Shown here: piece after piece, positions 30,195-41,515 of the stretch | Position numbering within the stretch: position 1 is the stretch's first letter | How the letters are laid out: each line of letters opens with the position of its first letter | DNA from: Ignisphaera sp. | Lineage (GTDB): Archaea; Thermoproteota; Thermoprotei_A; Sulfolobales; Ignisphaeraceae | Length of the DNA: 61,262 bases | Direction: 5' to 3' | NCBI GenBank assembly: GCA_038821645.1 | Contig: JAWBDT010000011.1 | Span: 1 to 61,262 of the forward strand | Position numbers and translations under genes: made by a program | The notes under the pieces: model-generated | What the model was told of the DNA's origin: nothing | The model's input: the letters and a program-made list of their open reading frames with translations, nothing else | Databases searched by the model: none

Positions 30195-32768
30195 TTAGTA
30201 TTCACATAATTGACAGCCCGTTTTAGATGAACTCTCTACAGCATCACTTATATCAGTAAACTTTGCTGTAATGCCAGCTTTATGCTCTAATGCTTCTTTA
30301 TCTTCTTTTTGTTGCATCTTTACACCTACGTATATAACTTGTTGGGTCTTGGATTTATCTCTATAAACAGTTATACCCTTACATCCGAGCATCCATGCAA
30401 GTATATAGGCCTCTCTAACATCATCAATAGAGGCTTCAAATCTCATATTTATCGTCTTTGAAACACCTGCGCAAACCCATTGCTGCCACACAGCTTGGTG
30501 TAACACATGGTACTTTACATCTATATCGTAAGCTATCTTAAATAATTCTTTTATACTCTTTGGTAAAAAGTACATGTCGCTTATACTACCCCTTTCAGCT
30601 ATAGTCTCTATAAGTTTTGGATCATCTAGTTCATAACGTTTTAAGTATTCGAGAAATAATCTATCAATTTCTATAAACGTTCCCACACTAACATGTTTCT
30701 CAAACGCTACAGCAAATATGGGCTCTATACTTGATGAAGTATTAGCTATAATGCTTATAGTTCCTGTAGGAGCGATGCTAGTTAAAGTAGCATTACGTAT
30801 ACCATACTTCTTTCTAAGTTCTTCTACATAATTCCAATCTACAGTAGGTCTATCCTCGATTAACCTCATGACCTTAGCTGAAGGAGCTCCCTTCATGTTA
30901 GATATCTTCATTAACTCGTTAAACGGTCTAGCAGTAGTCCATGTAGGTCTATACAGTTTTGGATCATAAGCTGGAAAGGCTCCACGTTCTTTTGATAACT
31001 CTATACTCGCTAAAGCGAGGTTATATTCAATCCATTCTGCTAATCTATATCCTAGATATAGAGCATCAATACTATCATACGGTATTCCAAGTTTTATTAG
31101 CATATGGTGCCAACCCATAACACCAACACCTATCTTTCTAGTTCTTTTAGCAGCATACTCAAGTTGAGGTAAAGGCCATTTAGCAGCATCTATAACATTA
31201 TCCATGAATCTAGCGATTACCTTTAGATCTTCAGCAAGAGCTCCCCAAGCTATTCTTGGCTCTCCATCAGGATCTATATACACATATTTAGAGAGATCAA
31301 TGCTACCGAGATTACAGCTCTCCCACGGCAAGAGAGGCTGTTCTCCACATGGGTTAGTAGCGTTTATTTTACCTAAGTACCATACTGGGTGTCGACTATT
31401 CACAGTATCTATGAATATAAGTCCGGGATCTCCAGAATCCCACGCATTTCTAACTATTTTCTCAAGAAGTTTTTGTGCATCTATATATCTAACAATAGCA
31501 TTTCTATCCTCAGCTATCGCCATAGCTTCATCGATAGTTATTATTAGTGAATCATCAAGCCATACACTTCCACCTTTTTCTTCAAGTTCATTGATAATCT
31601 CATTCTGTACCCATTCATCTGCTAAGTAGTGTCGTGCTCTTGTAATAGCATAGAACTTTGAGTTAGCACCTAGATTACATCTTAGGTTGGTCTTTCTAGG
31701 ATTGATAAGAGGAACCATACCACCATTAACAACAGCATACATGAAATAATCATAGACACCTACACTTATGTTGAAATTCTGTAATAGAATGTCTTTCGAT
31801 TTCCCCGACTTTAGGTCTATAAACTTCTCTATATCTGGATGCCACACATGGAGTACACCCATATTGGCGCCCCTCCTTCTACCACCTTGCTTAATAACAT
31901 CAGTATTTACATCAAACATTCTCATGAAGGATATAGGTCCGCTTGCTACACCACCTGTCGTAGCTACACTATCTCCTTCTGGTCTCAATTCAGAGAAATC
32001 GAAACCTGTTCCACCACCTTGTTGAAATATTATTGCTTGAGCTCTTACTGCATCATATATTCCTTCACCATCTGGTGTAACTATAGCATCTCTAACAGGT
32101 AAAACAAAACAAGCAGAGAGAATCCCTAAGCGTGTTCCAGCGTTCATTAATGTGGGAGAATTCGGTATAAATTTGAGTTCGCTAAGAATTGTATAGAATT
32201 TTTCCTCCCATAGTCTTTCCAGATCCCTACACCTATCTTCAGCCTTAACTTTGTCTATACAGTAATTATATTCAATACGTGCTATAGCTCTTGCAACTCT
32301 TCTAAACATCATCTGTGGAGTTTCTATATAGTTACCTGATTCAGGGTCTTTCATTAGGTACCTGCTTTTCAGCACTTTGATTGCAGCAAAACTAAGCTTT
32401 AGGTCTTTGGGATCAAAACTAAACTCTTTGGCTCTATATACATCTTTATACACATCACCTAGCTCATATCTTTTAGCTATTTCAAACCATTTATTGTTCA
32501 CTATACCTCTCATAATCATCATCCTTACAATTCTATCAGCTATTTCAGTAGAAGTTATCGAAGTTCGTTTGCTTATCTCTTCAACCAAGGACTTAACTAG
32601 TTCTTGTATCTCATTTTCAGAACATTCTTCAGCACATGCCTTACGTATGCTGATCACAATCTTCTCTATACTAAATGACTCTGTTCTTCCATTACGTTTT
32701 GTAACAATAATCTCTGGTATCGTTTGATTTAGAAGAAAGTTAGTATCTCTAGTATCTTCAGAGATCAT
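30195..32768 (-). CDS. nrdJ: Class II (adenosylcobalamin) ribonucleotide reductase with ATP-cone
   Basis: [11 protein letters not shown]-cone, [34 protein letters not shown]-terminal CQLC. Confidence 0.93.
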   Translation of the reverse strand: MISEDTRDTNFLLNQTIPEIIVTKRNGRTESFSIEKIVISIRKACAEECSENEIQELVKSLVEEISKRTSITSTEIADRIVRMMIMRGIVNNKWFEIAKRYELGDVYKDVYRAKEFSFDPKDLKLSFAAIKVLKSRYLMKDPESGNYIETPQMMFRRVARAIARIEYNYCIDKVKAEDRCRDLERLWEEKFYTILSELKFIPNSPTLMNAGTRLGILSACFVLPVRDAIVTPDGEGIYDAVRAQAIIFQQGGGTGFDFSELRPEGDSVATTGGVASGPISFMRMFDVNTDVIKQGGRRRGANMGVLHVWHPDIEKFIDLKSGKSKDILLQNFNISVGVYDYFMYAVVNGGMVPLINPRKTNLRCNLGANSKFYAITRARHYLADEWVQNEIINELEEKGGSVWLDDSLIITIDEAMAIAEDRNAIVRYIDAQKLLEKIVRNAWDSGDPGLIFIDTVNSRHPVWYLGKINATNPCGEQPLLPWESCNLGSIDLSKYVYIDPDGEPRIAWGALAEDLKVIARFMDNVIDAAKWPLPQLEYAAKRTRKIGVGVMGWHHMLIKLGIPYDSIDALYLGYRLAEWIEYNLALASIELSKERGAFPAYDPKLYRPTWTTARPFNELMKISNMKGAPSAKVMRLIEDRPTVDWNYVEELRKKYGIRNATLTSIAPTGTISIIANTSSSIEPIFAVAFEKHVSVGTFIEIDRLFLEYLKRYELDDPKLIETIAERGSISDMYFLPKSIKELFKIAYDIDVKYHVLHQAVWQQWVCAGVSKTINMRFEASIDDVREAYILAWMLGCKGITVYRDKSKTQQVIYVGVKMQQKEDKEALEHKAGITAKFTDISDAVESSSKTGCQLCEY

Positions 32769-33023
32769 GCTCTAGCCACACTCTAGTGGCAATAGATTTT
32801 TTGTTGTAAAGATAATAAGTATGTCTAGAGAGTAACTCAAAACTTTGATTTAGAAAAACAGTAACATTATAGTAATACTGCAATAGATGTAGTCAAAGAT
32901 ATAAAAGAAGTCGTGATAAACTTGATAAAAATAATCCATATTTAAGCTACGAAATCATTAAACAACTGTTAGAAGCATTAACTAGAGTTTAAGGTCATTA
33001 TATTGAGTGCTGGGTGATTCTTA

Positions 33024-33881
33024 GTGGCGAGAGATAGTAAGAAGAAGAAATCAGAGAAAAGCATTAAGAAGGAACTAGAGAATCATAGTATTGAACAGAA
33101 GAAAGAGCAACAATCCATGACACATAAAACCAGGTCCTCAAGTAGCAGGAAATATGTTGATACTGAATCATGGGTTGAAAAACATCTAGATGAATTGATT
33201 GATATTTTTAACCTCAACATGCTAGAGCTAGATCGTGAAGAGTCTAAAACAATAGCCATAAAACTTGTAGATATTCTGAGAGGAGAATCATCAACGCTTG
33301 ATAAAGATACCATAAGGAGAAGGTTCAGTAGATATACTCAAAACATGTATCAGATAATAGCTCAGTCTATTCTTGAGCTTCATGAATGTTTATCAATAAC
33401 TCAATTAGAATTTGTAGTTAATAATATAGGTGAGTTAGTTTTAGGCTATGCGCCTAGACTGTATAGAGAAGCTATAAAGCATGGAAGAGAAGATTTAATA
33501 GACACCATTAGAGCTTCATGGAGAACTTACTGGATCTTGAAAAGATATAATATACTTCCAGTAGAATGTCCCAGATGTAAATTCAATTCACTAATGCCAG
33601 ATTTAACTTGCATCATCTGTGGATCAACAGTTAGCGAGGAGGAGCTTAAGAAAAGTATAGATTTTGAGAAAATGTTAAAGGAATTTGTGAACCTGTATAG
33701 TGAGGAAGATGTGAAGAAAACCATTGTATATGGTTATCTATATATCAATAGCTTAGGATTAAAGCCTCCAACACATGAAAGAGATAAGCTAGATATAGAA
33801 GTTGCACTTAATACAAAAGAAAAAGAAATTCTGAAGCTGATGCTAAAAACTAGCAAAGGAGATCATAAAGATGGTGCATGA
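33024..33881 (+). CDS. Hypothetical protein with zinc ribbon
   Basis: CPRCKFNSLMPDLTCIICG; basic N-terminus. Confidence 0.65.
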   Translation: MARDSKKKKSEKSIKKELENHSIEQKKEQQSMTHKTRSSSSRKYVDTESWVEKHLDELIDIFNLNMLELDREESKTIAIKLVDILRGESSTLDKDTIRRRFSRYTQNMYQIIAQSILELHECLSITQLEFVVNNIGELVLGYAPRLYREAIKHGREDLIDTIRASWRTYWILKRYNILPVECPRCKFNSLMPDLTCIICGSTVSEEELKKSIDFEKMLKEFVNLYSEEDVKKTIVYGYLYINSLGLKPPTHERDKLDIEVALNTKEKEILKLMLKTSKGDHKDGA

Positions 33882-34251
33882 GCTCGTAACCCCTTCGGAA
33901 TTGAGAGACTATATCTATAGAAATCGTCTAGCTGTTATAGCTATAACTAATAAGGATAGAGAAAATATATGGCAATATGTTAAGGATATCCTCAATAGAC
34001 TTGAACTATCGGTGAAACCCTCAATAGCGTTTGCCATGGTTCATTACCAAACAATAAGCAATGAACTTAGATCCTTTGAGATAGAACAGGCACGAAAATC
34101 TGCCATAATAAGGCTTTTTCTTAATGGTTTATGTATATTCGAACAAGAAGGATTGCTAGGTTCGAGAACAAGTGACGAAATTGCACTAAAAAGAGGAATA
34201 AAAGAAACACTAAAAACCTATTCAATAGAGATAAGATTTACCTCTCTCTAA
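33871..34251 (+). CDS. Hypothetical protein
   Basis: Overlaps upstream gene; weak thioredoxin-like pattern. Confidence 0.55.
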   Translation: MVHELVTPSELRDYIYRNRLAVIAITNKDRENIWQYVKDILNRLELSVKPSIAFAMVHYQTISNELRSFEIEQARKSAIIRLFLNGLCIFEQEGLLGSRTSDEIALKRGIKETLKTYSIEIRFTSL

Positions 34252-34264
34252 TACGGTAACATAT

Positions 34265-35110
34265 ATGAATAGTATAGACACTTTATGTACATCTTGTAGA
34301 AGAAGGTATGCAGTATATAAACGTAGAAGTTCTGGAGAAATTTTATGTAAATTGTGTCTCTTTCGTAGCTTAGTTAAACAAACTAGAAAAGCTGTTAATC
34401 ATTATCAAATGATGCATAGAAATGGATCGGCTCTATACATCATTAGACCAGACTCCATTGGCGAGTCTATCATAGGGTTCTCTCTATACCGTAATTCTAT
34501 AAAAGGTTATGATACAAAAATCTATGTCTTATGTATAGATGGTATAACAAGATGTCAAGATATTGAACCATTCTTTAATGGAAAGACCAGTAAGTATTTA
34601 AAAGTTGACATAAGCTATGTTCCTTCAAACAAAATAGAAATGGTTAAGTTTGTAGAGGCTATAGCTGTAAGAATTGCTAGAAAATTCGATATAGAATTTA
34701 TTGTTTCTCCTTTGTTTAGAGATGAATTAACATTATTCCTACTTGCGGGAATACTGACGACTTCGGGAACAATATTTAGTGAAGGTCTACCTATGAAAAT
34801 TGTTGATAACATTAAGATTGTGCGGCCGTTTTTCTATGTAATGTCTGTTGATGTAGTTATCATGAAAATCTTAGACCATGTAGATATAGAGCCAAATATA
34901 GGATTTGAATGCGAGAATTATATACGTAAAGCAAAATCTATGCTATACTCATCTTTAGAGCTCATGTACTCGAGCACAAAAGTTATTGAATTGTTTCAGA
35001 AGTATGCTTTTGATTCATCAAAGAGGTGCAGATATTGTGGAGCTTATACTTCAAGCAATTTATGTAATGTTTGTGAAAGATTTTATCAATATATTGATGG
35101 TATTGAATGA
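34265..35110 (+). CDS. Degenerate TtuA/NcsA/Ctu1-like protein
   Basis: N-terminal CxxC..SGEILCxxC, IVRPF, C-terminal CxxCG..CxxC; PP-loop SGGKDS missing. Confidence 0.6.
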   Translation: MNSIDTLCTSCRRRYAVYKRRSSGEILCKLCLFRSLVKQTRKAVNHYQMMHRNGSALYIIRPDSIGESIIGFSLYRNSIKGYDTKIYVLCIDGITRCQDIEPFFNGKTSKYLKVDISYVPSNKIEMVKFVEAIAVRIARKFDIEFIVSPLFRDELTLFLLAGILTTSGTIFSEGLPMKIVDNIKIVRPFFYVMSVDVVIMKILDHVDIEPNIGFECENYIRKAKSMLYSSLELMYSSTKVIELFQKYAFDSSKRCRYCGAYTSSNLCNVCERFYQYIDGIE

Positions 35111-35186
35111 TGTAATAATATAAAGGTTATTTTCATTAAAGCTTATATAGAACCTCTCTAGATGAACGTTATTCGGTGTGAATAAT

Positions 35187-36875
35187 ATGGCTCTATACGG
35201 AGTACCTGTACTAATACTGAAGGAAGGAACCTCGAGAGCTCACGGTAAAGAAGCTCTTAAAGCTAACATAATGGCTGCAAGAGTGCTTACTGAAATACTA
35301 AGATCGAGTCTAGGACCTCGTGGCTTAGATAAAATGCTTGTTGATAGTTTTGGTGATATAACTGTCACAAATGATGGAGCAGCTATTGTTAAAGAGATGG
35401 AGGTTCAGCATCCAGCTGCTAAACTATTGGTTGAAGCTGCTAAAGCTGTTGATGCTGAAGTAGGTGATGGAACAACATCAGTTGTAGTTCTTGCAGGAGC
35501 TCTCTTAGAGAGAGCAGAAAAGCTTCTTGATCAAGGCATTCATCCAACAATAATCATAGAAGGATATAAGAAGGCGATGAATAAAGCTCTAGAAATATTA
35601 GATGAAATAGCTGTAAAGGTGCCGATAGGCAATATCGAGGTACCTGAAGAAAGAGAGAAAGCAAAAGCTGAGCTAAAGAAAACTCTATATACAACATTGG
35701 CAAGCAAATATATAGCTACATCAGACGTATTAGACAAGATTATGGATATGGTTATGGAGGCAGCTTTTACAGCTGCAGAAAAAAGAGTTGAAGGTAATTA
35801 TGATGTTAAGCTAGATATGGTTAAAATAGAGAAAAAACGTGGGGGTAGCTTAGGAGATAGCATACTGATATATGGTGTTGTTCTAGATAAGGAGGTTGTT
35901 CATCCAGCTATGCCTAGAAGGGTAGAAAAAGCGAGAATAGCTTTACTCGATACTCCTCTAGAGATAGAAAAACCAGATATAACAGCGAAAATCAATATAA
36001 CATCACCTGATCAGATAAGAGCTTTCCTAGAGGAAGAAGCAAAGATATTGAGAGATTATGTCGAGAAGATTGCTTCTGTTGGTGCTAATGTTGTTATTTG
36101 TCAGAAAGGTATTGATGATGTTGCTCAACACTATCTAGCTAAGAAAGGTATTATGGCTGTTAGAAGAGTCAAGAGAAGCGATATGGAGAAACTGGAGAAG
36201 GCTACTGGTGGAAGAATAGTAACAAGTATCAGAGATTTAACAGAAAGAGATCTAGGTGAATGTAGTCTAGTTGAGGAAAGAAGGATTGGAAACGATAAGA
36301 TGGTATTTGTTGAAAAGTGTAAGAATCCTAAAGCAGCAACAATATTACTTAGAGGAGCTAATGATATGCTTCTAGATGAAGTTGAGAGAAGTATTAATGA
36401 TGCACTTCATACTGTTAGAAACATAATGAGAGATCCAAAGATTGTGCCTGGAGGAGGAGCTATAGAAATTGAAGTAGCTATGAGGTTAAGGAAATGGGCT
36501 GAATCAATAGCTGGTAGAGAACAGCTTGCAGTACTAGCTTTTGCTGATGCATTAGAGGAAATACCCTCAGTACTTGCACAAACAGCCGGTATGGATGTAC
36601 TTGAAACAATTATGGAGCTTAGAAAATCACATGCTGAAGGAAAGATAGCAGCAGGTATTGATGTTGTTAATGGAAAAATAAATGGAGATATGACTAACTT
36701 GAATATAGTGGAGCCAGTTATAGTAAAGAAGCAAATAATCAAAAGCGCTACAGAAACAGCTACAACAATTATGAAGATAGATGATGTAATAGCAGCTTCA
36801 CCAAAGAAGGAGGAGAAACCAGGTAAGAAAGGTAAAGAAGAAGAGGAAGAAGGTACTAAGCCCCAATTTGATTAA
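35187..36875 (+). CDS. ths: Thermosome (group II chaperonin) subunit
   Basis: [34 protein letters not shown]. Confidence 0.97.
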   Translation: MALYGVPVLILKEGTSRAHGKEALKANIMAARVLTEILRSSLGPRGLDKMLVDSFGDITVTNDGAAIVKEMEVQHPAAKLLVEAAKAVDAEVGDGTTSVVVLAGALLERAEKLLDQGIHPTIIIEGYKKAMNKALEILDEIAVKVPIGNIEVPEEREKAKAELKKTLYTTLASKYIATSDVLDKIMDMVMEAAFTAAEKRVEGNYDVKLDMVKIEKKRGGSLGDSILIYGVVLDKEVVHPAMPRRVEKARIALLDTPLEIEKPDITAKINITSPDQIRAFLEEEAKILRDYVEKIASVGANVVICQKGIDDVAQHYLAKKGIMAVRRVKRSDMEKLEKATGGRIVTSIRDLTERDLGECSLVEERRIGNDKMVFVEKCKNPKAATILLRGANDMLLDEVERSINDALHTVRNIMRDPKIVPGGGAIEIEVAMRLRKWAESIAGREQLAVLAFADALEEIPSVLAQTAGMDVLETIMELRKSHAEGKIAAGIDVVNGKINGDMTNLNIVEPVIVKKQIIKSATETATTIMKIDDVIAASPKKEEKPGKKGKEEEEEGTKPQFD

Positions 36876-37012
36876 TAGTAAGATATCGCCTACCTAGTTG
36901 CTTGCAGAGTACACTAACGTATAGATAGATTTAGGGATTTGATACTCATTAATACTTTTTTTCTTAGCTTCTATAGATGTTTATACAACGTTCATAGTGG
37001 TGATGAGGATTT

Positions 37013-37366
37013 ATGGACAGTAAGAAAAGTGTTTCAGTAAAGTTAGTAAGAGATGTTAGTGAAATAGTTATAGGTCCTCCTCGTCTCACAAAGTATGAAA
37101 GAGCTAGAGTAGTAGCAGCAAGAGCAATGCAGTTGGCTATGGGGGCACCTCCACTTATTGATGTATCAAAGTTGAATCCTAAAGATGTTGTGGTAATAGC
37201 TGAACATGAACTTAATCTAGGTGTGCTCCCCATACTAATCAAGAGAGAGTTACCTAATGGTGAATACCAATTGATACCGATTAAGATTTTAATTGATTTC
37301 GAGAAAAGAAGAAAAAGTCATGTTGATAAGATTATGGCAGATATTTTTGGTGAAGTCTCCAAATAG
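37013..37366 (+). CDS. rpoK: RNA polymerase subunit Rpo6 (K)
   Basis: LTKYERARVVAARAMQLAMGAP. Confidence 0.95.
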   Translation: MDSKKSVSVKLVRDVSEIVIGPPRLTKYERARVVAARAMQLAMGAPPLIDVSKLNPKDVVVIAEHELNLGVLPILIKRELPNGEYQLIPIKILIDFEKRRKSHVDKIMADIFGEVSK

Positions 37367-37506
37367 ATTCAGATTGCTAGACATTTATACAAAGTACTAA
37401 GTACTAATTATTTGCTTTGTGTAATCGTGTAATATTTATGATATGATTAAAGCCTATAAACTAAGCCTATTAAGTATGAGCTAGAAATGTTAGGAGGTAT
37501 AGAACT

Positions 37507-37809
37507 ATGCCTGCTATTGAGATTGGTAGAATATGTATTAAGATAGCAGGTCGTGAAAGTGGTCGTAAATGTGTTATAGTTGAAATAATAGATGAGAACT
37601 ACGTAATTATAACTGGGCCAAAGATCTTGACTGGTGTTAAGAGAAGAAGATGTAATATCAATCATATAGAGGTATTGGATAAGAAAATTGATATAAGGAA
37701 AGGTGCATCAGATGAAGAAGTCATGAAAGCTCTTGAACAAGCAAATCTGATAGATTTCATGAAAGAGCGCGTAAAGGTTAGACTAACTCCAATGCTTTTA
37801 AGAAGATGA
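37507..37809 (+). CDS. rpl14e: 50S ribosomal protein L14e
   Basis: [29 protein letters not shown]. Confidence 0.96.
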   Translation: MPAIEIGRICIKIAGRESGRKCVIVEIIDENYVIITGPKILTGVKRRRCNINHIEVLDKKIDIRKGASDEEVMKALEQANLIDFMKERVKVRLTPMLLRR

Positions 37810-37920
37810 ACATAACCCATGATTCGATAAATCTTCATCTAGTTTTTCTTAGAGAGAAGATATCGAGTTTTAACCAGTCTTCTATGTATATGTATACTGT
37901 GACGTGATAAAGTTGGTAAG

Positions 37921-39006
37921 GTGATGCATATGAAGGAGAAAGGAATAGAATTTATTAAATCATTAGATAGAGCTGCAAATCTTGATCACGAGTATATAGT
38001 CAAATACGATGAAGATACTGATGAGAAGTTCGGTTCTCTACCATATGCAAGACTGATACAAGAACATATACGTAGTAGCTTAATAGTTTTAGATAAACCC
38101 CCTGGACCAACAAGTCACGAAGTTGTAGCATGGATTAAGAAAATGTTCAATCTTGAAAAAGCTGGTCATGGGGGAACCCTAGAGCTCAGCCCATGATATT
38201 GGGCTGAGCGGGGAAACCCTAAGGTGACAGGAGTACTACCAATAGCTTTAGAGAAGGCTACTAAGGTTATAGGAGTACTCATGCATTCATATAAAGAATA
38301 TGTAGCACTTATGGAACTCCATGACTATGTTGATAGAGAAAAAGTATTATCTGTAATGAGTATGTTCATAGGCAAAATATATCAGAGACCACCATTAAGG
38401 TCATCAGTCAAGAGATCGCTAAGGATAAAGGAAATCTACAGTATAGATGTAATTGAAATAGAAGGTAGACATGTATTATTTAGAGTTAAATGTGAATCTG
38501 GTACCTATGTTAGAAAGCTATGTCATGATATAGGTTTAGTCCTGGGTGTTGAAGCACACATGAGAGAGTTAAGAAGAACTGGTGTAGCACATCTTACTGA
38601 GGATAAAGATCTTGTAACAATGCATGAACTTTCTGAAGCGCTATATTTATGGAACAACTATAAAGATGAGACTCTACTTAGAAAATATCTATTGCCTATG
38701 GAACATATAGTAGCTTTTCTACCAAAGATATTAATCAAAGATAGTGCTGTAGACGCTATAGCACATGGAGCACAACTTGCTGCTCCTGGTGTAGCCATAC
38801 TCTCTAATAAGATAGGTAAAGGAGATCGTGTTGCTATAATGACTCTAAAAGGCGAACTTGTGGCTATAGGTAGAGCTTTAATGAATGCCAACGAAATTCT
38901 GGCAACAGAAAAAGGTATAGTTGTGAAAATAGAGAGGGTAATTATGGATCCAAACATATATCCGAAAACATGGCGACAAAACAAAGAGTTGATCAAATCT
39001 AATTAA
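37921..39006 (+). CDS. cbf5: H/ACA pseudouridine synthase Cbf5, two exons (37921-38182 and 38216-39006)
   Basis: DKPPGPTSHEV; GHGGTLDPKVTGVLP restored by removing 33 nt; GTYVRKLC; PUA domain. Confidence 0.95.
38183..38215 (+). other. 33-nt archaeal mRNA intron (bulge-helix-bulge) in cbf5
   Basis: CCCT/GGGG 4-bp helix, AGA and AAA 3-nt bulges, 10-bp intron stem GCTCAGCCCA/TGGGCTGAGC, in-frame TGA. Confidence 0.93.
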
Positions 39007-39015
39007 TTGTAAATA

Positions 39016-39636
39016 GTGATCGGAATGTTGATGTATATAGAAAACCATTACTATAGAGAACGAACAAGAAAAGGAGTATATCAACTTATATCCGATTATG
39101 TAAGAGGTGTTAGTATAGAGCTAGAAGTTGTTCCAGGATTATTCTCATATAAACACATAGATGAAGGAACAAGATTACTAATAGAATATGCAGAAATACC
39201 TGAAAAAGGTGTTGTTTTAGATCTTGGATGTGGATATGGTGTTATAGGTATTACTCTAGCTAAAATAAATCCCAACCTAGAGATATATATGGTTGATATA
39301 AATAAGGATGCTATAGAAATTACCAAGAGAAACATCATAAGAAACAAACTAGATTCAAACAGAATTAAGGTTCTGCATGGAAACCTATACGAACCTGTAA
39401 AACACCTAAAATTTAACGCTATATATACAAACCCTCCATTTTCTGCGGGTATGAACATCATCGAGAAGATAATTAATGAATCTGTGAATCATCTACAAGA
39501 AAGAGGAACACTACAAATAGTAGCAAGAAAGGGAGCAGAAAAAGTACATAAACTACTTATAGAAACATTCGGAACAGCAGAAAAGCTAGCCTCAAAAAAA
39601 GGATACAAAGTATATTTAGCTAGAAAGCAGAACTAA
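39016..39636 (+). CDS. Class I SAM methyltransferase (RsmC/MTS-like)
   Basis: PGLFSYKHIDEGT, LDLGCGYG, TNPPF. Confidence 0.9.
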   Translation: MIGMLMYIENHYYRERTRKGVYQLISDYVRGVSIELEVVPGLFSYKHIDEGTRLLIEYAEIPEKGVVLDLGCGYGVIGITLAKINPNLEIYMVDINKDAIEITKRNIIRNKLDSNRIKVLHGNLYEPVKHLKFNAIYTNPPFSAGMNIIEKIINESVNHLQERGTLQIVARKGAEKVHKLLIETFGTAEKLASKKGYKVYLARKQN

Positions 39637-39647
39637 AGCTTTTAACT
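39634..39647 (+). promoter_or_regulatory. Putative BRE/TATA box of tRNA-Ser
   Basis: AAAGCTTTTAAC about 25-30 nt upstream of the tRNA. Confidence 0.5.
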
Positions 39648-39672
39648 AATCAACCAATAAGAACTACAGAAA

Positions 39673-39760
39673 GCCGGGGTGCCCGAGCGGTCTAAGGGGC
39701 CGGCCTTGAGAGCCGGTGCGGGATATCCGCACGCGGGTTCAAATCCCGCCCCCGGCGCCA
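39673..39760 (+). tRNA. tRNA-Ser(UGA), intronless, CCA encoded
   Basis: Acceptor GCCGGGG/CCCCGGC, anticodon arm CCGGC-CTTGAGA-GCCGG, long variable arm, GGTTCAAATCC, GCCA end. Confidence 0.97.
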
Positions 39761-40023
39761 AACAAAATAAACAAACTCAGTTATTCTAGATAATGCATAT
39801 GTAACTGTCTCAAGATTGTTGATGTTTCTAGCCTAATTTAGAAGTTCTTAAAATACATTACGTCAACTTATACTAAAGAATATCAATTATCTAGACCATA
39901 CAAGAAGTTAACAAAATTAAATAGAAAAATTTTGTGGAAGCGTTGTAATTTTGTGATATACATTAGCTTAAGATATTGATAAGTATAACCAAATAACTAT
40001 CTAGAGAAATTAGACATATAGAG

Positions 40024-40077
40024 TATCAGTGAAGAGAAGTCACATCATTATTCAGAAGACCGTCGTATCATCACCTA
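40024..40077 (-). ncRNA. Box C/D methylation guide sRNA
   Basis: Minus strand: C GTGATGA (40068-74), guide TACGACGGTCTT, D' CTGA (40052-55), C' ATGATGT (40042-48), guide GACTTCTCTTCA, D CTGA (40026-29). Confidence 0.9.
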
Positions 40078-40080
40078 ATA

Positions 40081-40106
40081 TTTTATAAGCTTTCGAAATA
40101 TAAAAA
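40081..40106. promoter_or_regulatory. Back-to-back TATA boxes between two divergent sRNAs
   Basis: TTTATAA (+, 40082-88) and TTTTTATAT (-, 40098-106), each roughly 25 nt from a box C. Confidence 0.6.
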
Positions 40107-40111
40107 CATAT

Positions 40112-40165
40112 GTGATGATGAACCCAAAACAGATGATTCATGATTACACCTGTCTCAGCTGAATA
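40112..40165 (+). ncRNA. Box C/D methylation guide sRNA
   Basis: C ATGATGA (40115-21), guide ACCCAAAACAG, D' ATGA, C' ATGATTA (40140-46), guide CACCTGTCTCAG, D CTGA (40159-62). Confidence 0.82.
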
Positions 40166-40514
40166 CATAAATCCTGTTTAGGAATTATAGTATATAGTTT
40201 TGTCTATTATATACATCACTAAAAGCCGTATAAGTGATCTATTCTTTTCGATAGCTTTATGTATATATACAGAGGCTCAGTAATTTATTGTAGTACGATA
40301 AAGATAGAGCTAAGTAATATGTTTTAATGCATCATAAACTTAAATCTAGTGGATCAATAGATATCGAGTTTCTGGATAGCCTTATCTTGAATATTGATAT
40401 CTAGGTCTGTTTAACGTTTATAAGGTGGTTTTCTTTATAGCTTTTTAACCTAGGCAAGGAGTTAGAGATGTGTTATGCTTCAGTATATGAGTTGATATAG
40501 GGCATGGTGTGGAT

Positions 40515-40979
40515 ATGTCATCATCAGGATATAGACATATAGTTAGAATAGCTGAAACAGATATACCTGGTGATTTGACATTAGCTTGGGGTTTAGCTAG
40601 AATTAAGGGAATAGGCTACCAAATGGCCATGAGTATATGCAGGATTTTGGGTTATAGCCTCTCTACGCCTATAGGCTATCTAACAGATGAGGATGTCAAG
40701 AAAATAGAAGAAGTAGTAAAGAATCCTCTCGGTTTTGGTTTTCCAAACTGGATGCTAAATAGGAGAAAGGATTATGAAACAGGACAAGATATGCATTTAG
40801 TCAGTTCTGAACTTATATTCTATGCTAGACAAGATATTGATAGAGAGATAAAGATTAAGAGCTGGAGAGGTATCAGGCATGCTCTTGGATATAAGGTTAG
40901 AGGTCAGAGAACTCATACCACAGGTAGAATAGGTCCTACAGTAGGTGTTGCTAGAAAGAAGCAACAACAACAAAAGTAG
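40515..40979 (+). CDS. rps13: 30S ribosomal protein S13
   Basis: RHIVRIA, IKGIG, NRRKD, SWRGIRH..VRGQRT. Confidence 0.97.
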   Translation: MSSSGYRHIVRIAETDIPGDLTLAWGLARIKGIGYQMAMSICRILGYSLSTPIGYLTDEDVKKIEEVVKNPLGFGFPNWMLNRRKDYETGQDMHLVSSELIFYARQDIDREIKIKSWRGIRHALGYKVRGQRTHTTGRIGPTVGVARKKQQQQK

Positions 40980-40991
40980 GGTGTAAAATAG

Positions 40992-41492
40992 ATGGGTGAT
41001 CCCAAAAAACCTAGAAAGAAGTGGGAAAGCCCTGGTCATCCTTGGATAAAAACACGCCTTGAGCAAGAGCTAGAACTCATCAATAGATACGGTTTAAGAA
41101 ATAAAAGAGAACTCTGGATAGCTCAAACTTTCCTTAGAAAGATTAGACATAGAGCAAGAGAACTACTAGCTCTATCACCTGATGAGAGGAGAAAAGCTCT
41201 AGAATCGTTAGCTAAAAGACTCTACAGTATGGGTATAATCGATAATACAAATATCGATATAAATGATATTCTTGCTCTAGATGTAGAGTCTATCCTAGAA
41301 AGACGTCTACAAACAATAATCTGGAAAAAAGGATTCGCCAAAACTATACATCAAGCAAGGCAATTAATTGCACATGGACATATAGCTATTAAAGGTAGGC
41401 GTGTAACTTCTCCTAGCTATATAGTCCCTAGAGAAGAGGAAGAATATATACAGTTTCATCCTACTTCGCCATATGTCAAAACTCCTCCTTAG
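40992..41492 (+). CDS. rps4: 30S ribosomal protein S4
   Basis: MGDPKKPRKKW, YGLRNKRELW, LERRLQT, QARQLIAHGH. Confidence 0.97.
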   Translation: MGDPKKPRKKWESPGHPWIKTRLEQELELINRYGLRNKRELWIAQTFLRKIRHRARELLALSPDERRKALESLAKRLYSMGIIDNTNIDINDILALDVESILERRLQTIIWKKGFAKTIHQARQLIAHGHIAIKGRRVTSPSYIVPREEEEYIQFHPTSPYVKTPP

Positions 41493-41515
41493 CTACGTAA
41501 TAAGGTGTAGAATCT

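Noticed and set aside
31480-31700. Insert-like segment in nrdJ as a possible intein
   Set aside because: Too short, with no intein termini (C/S...HN) or endonuclease motifs
37921-39006. cbf5 as a pseudogene or split gene
   Set aside because: Explained by a BHB intron at a known position
39761-40020. Integrated element next to tRNA-Ser
   Set aside because: No integrase, no duplicated tRNA 3' end seen; only an AT-rich spacer followed by sRNAs
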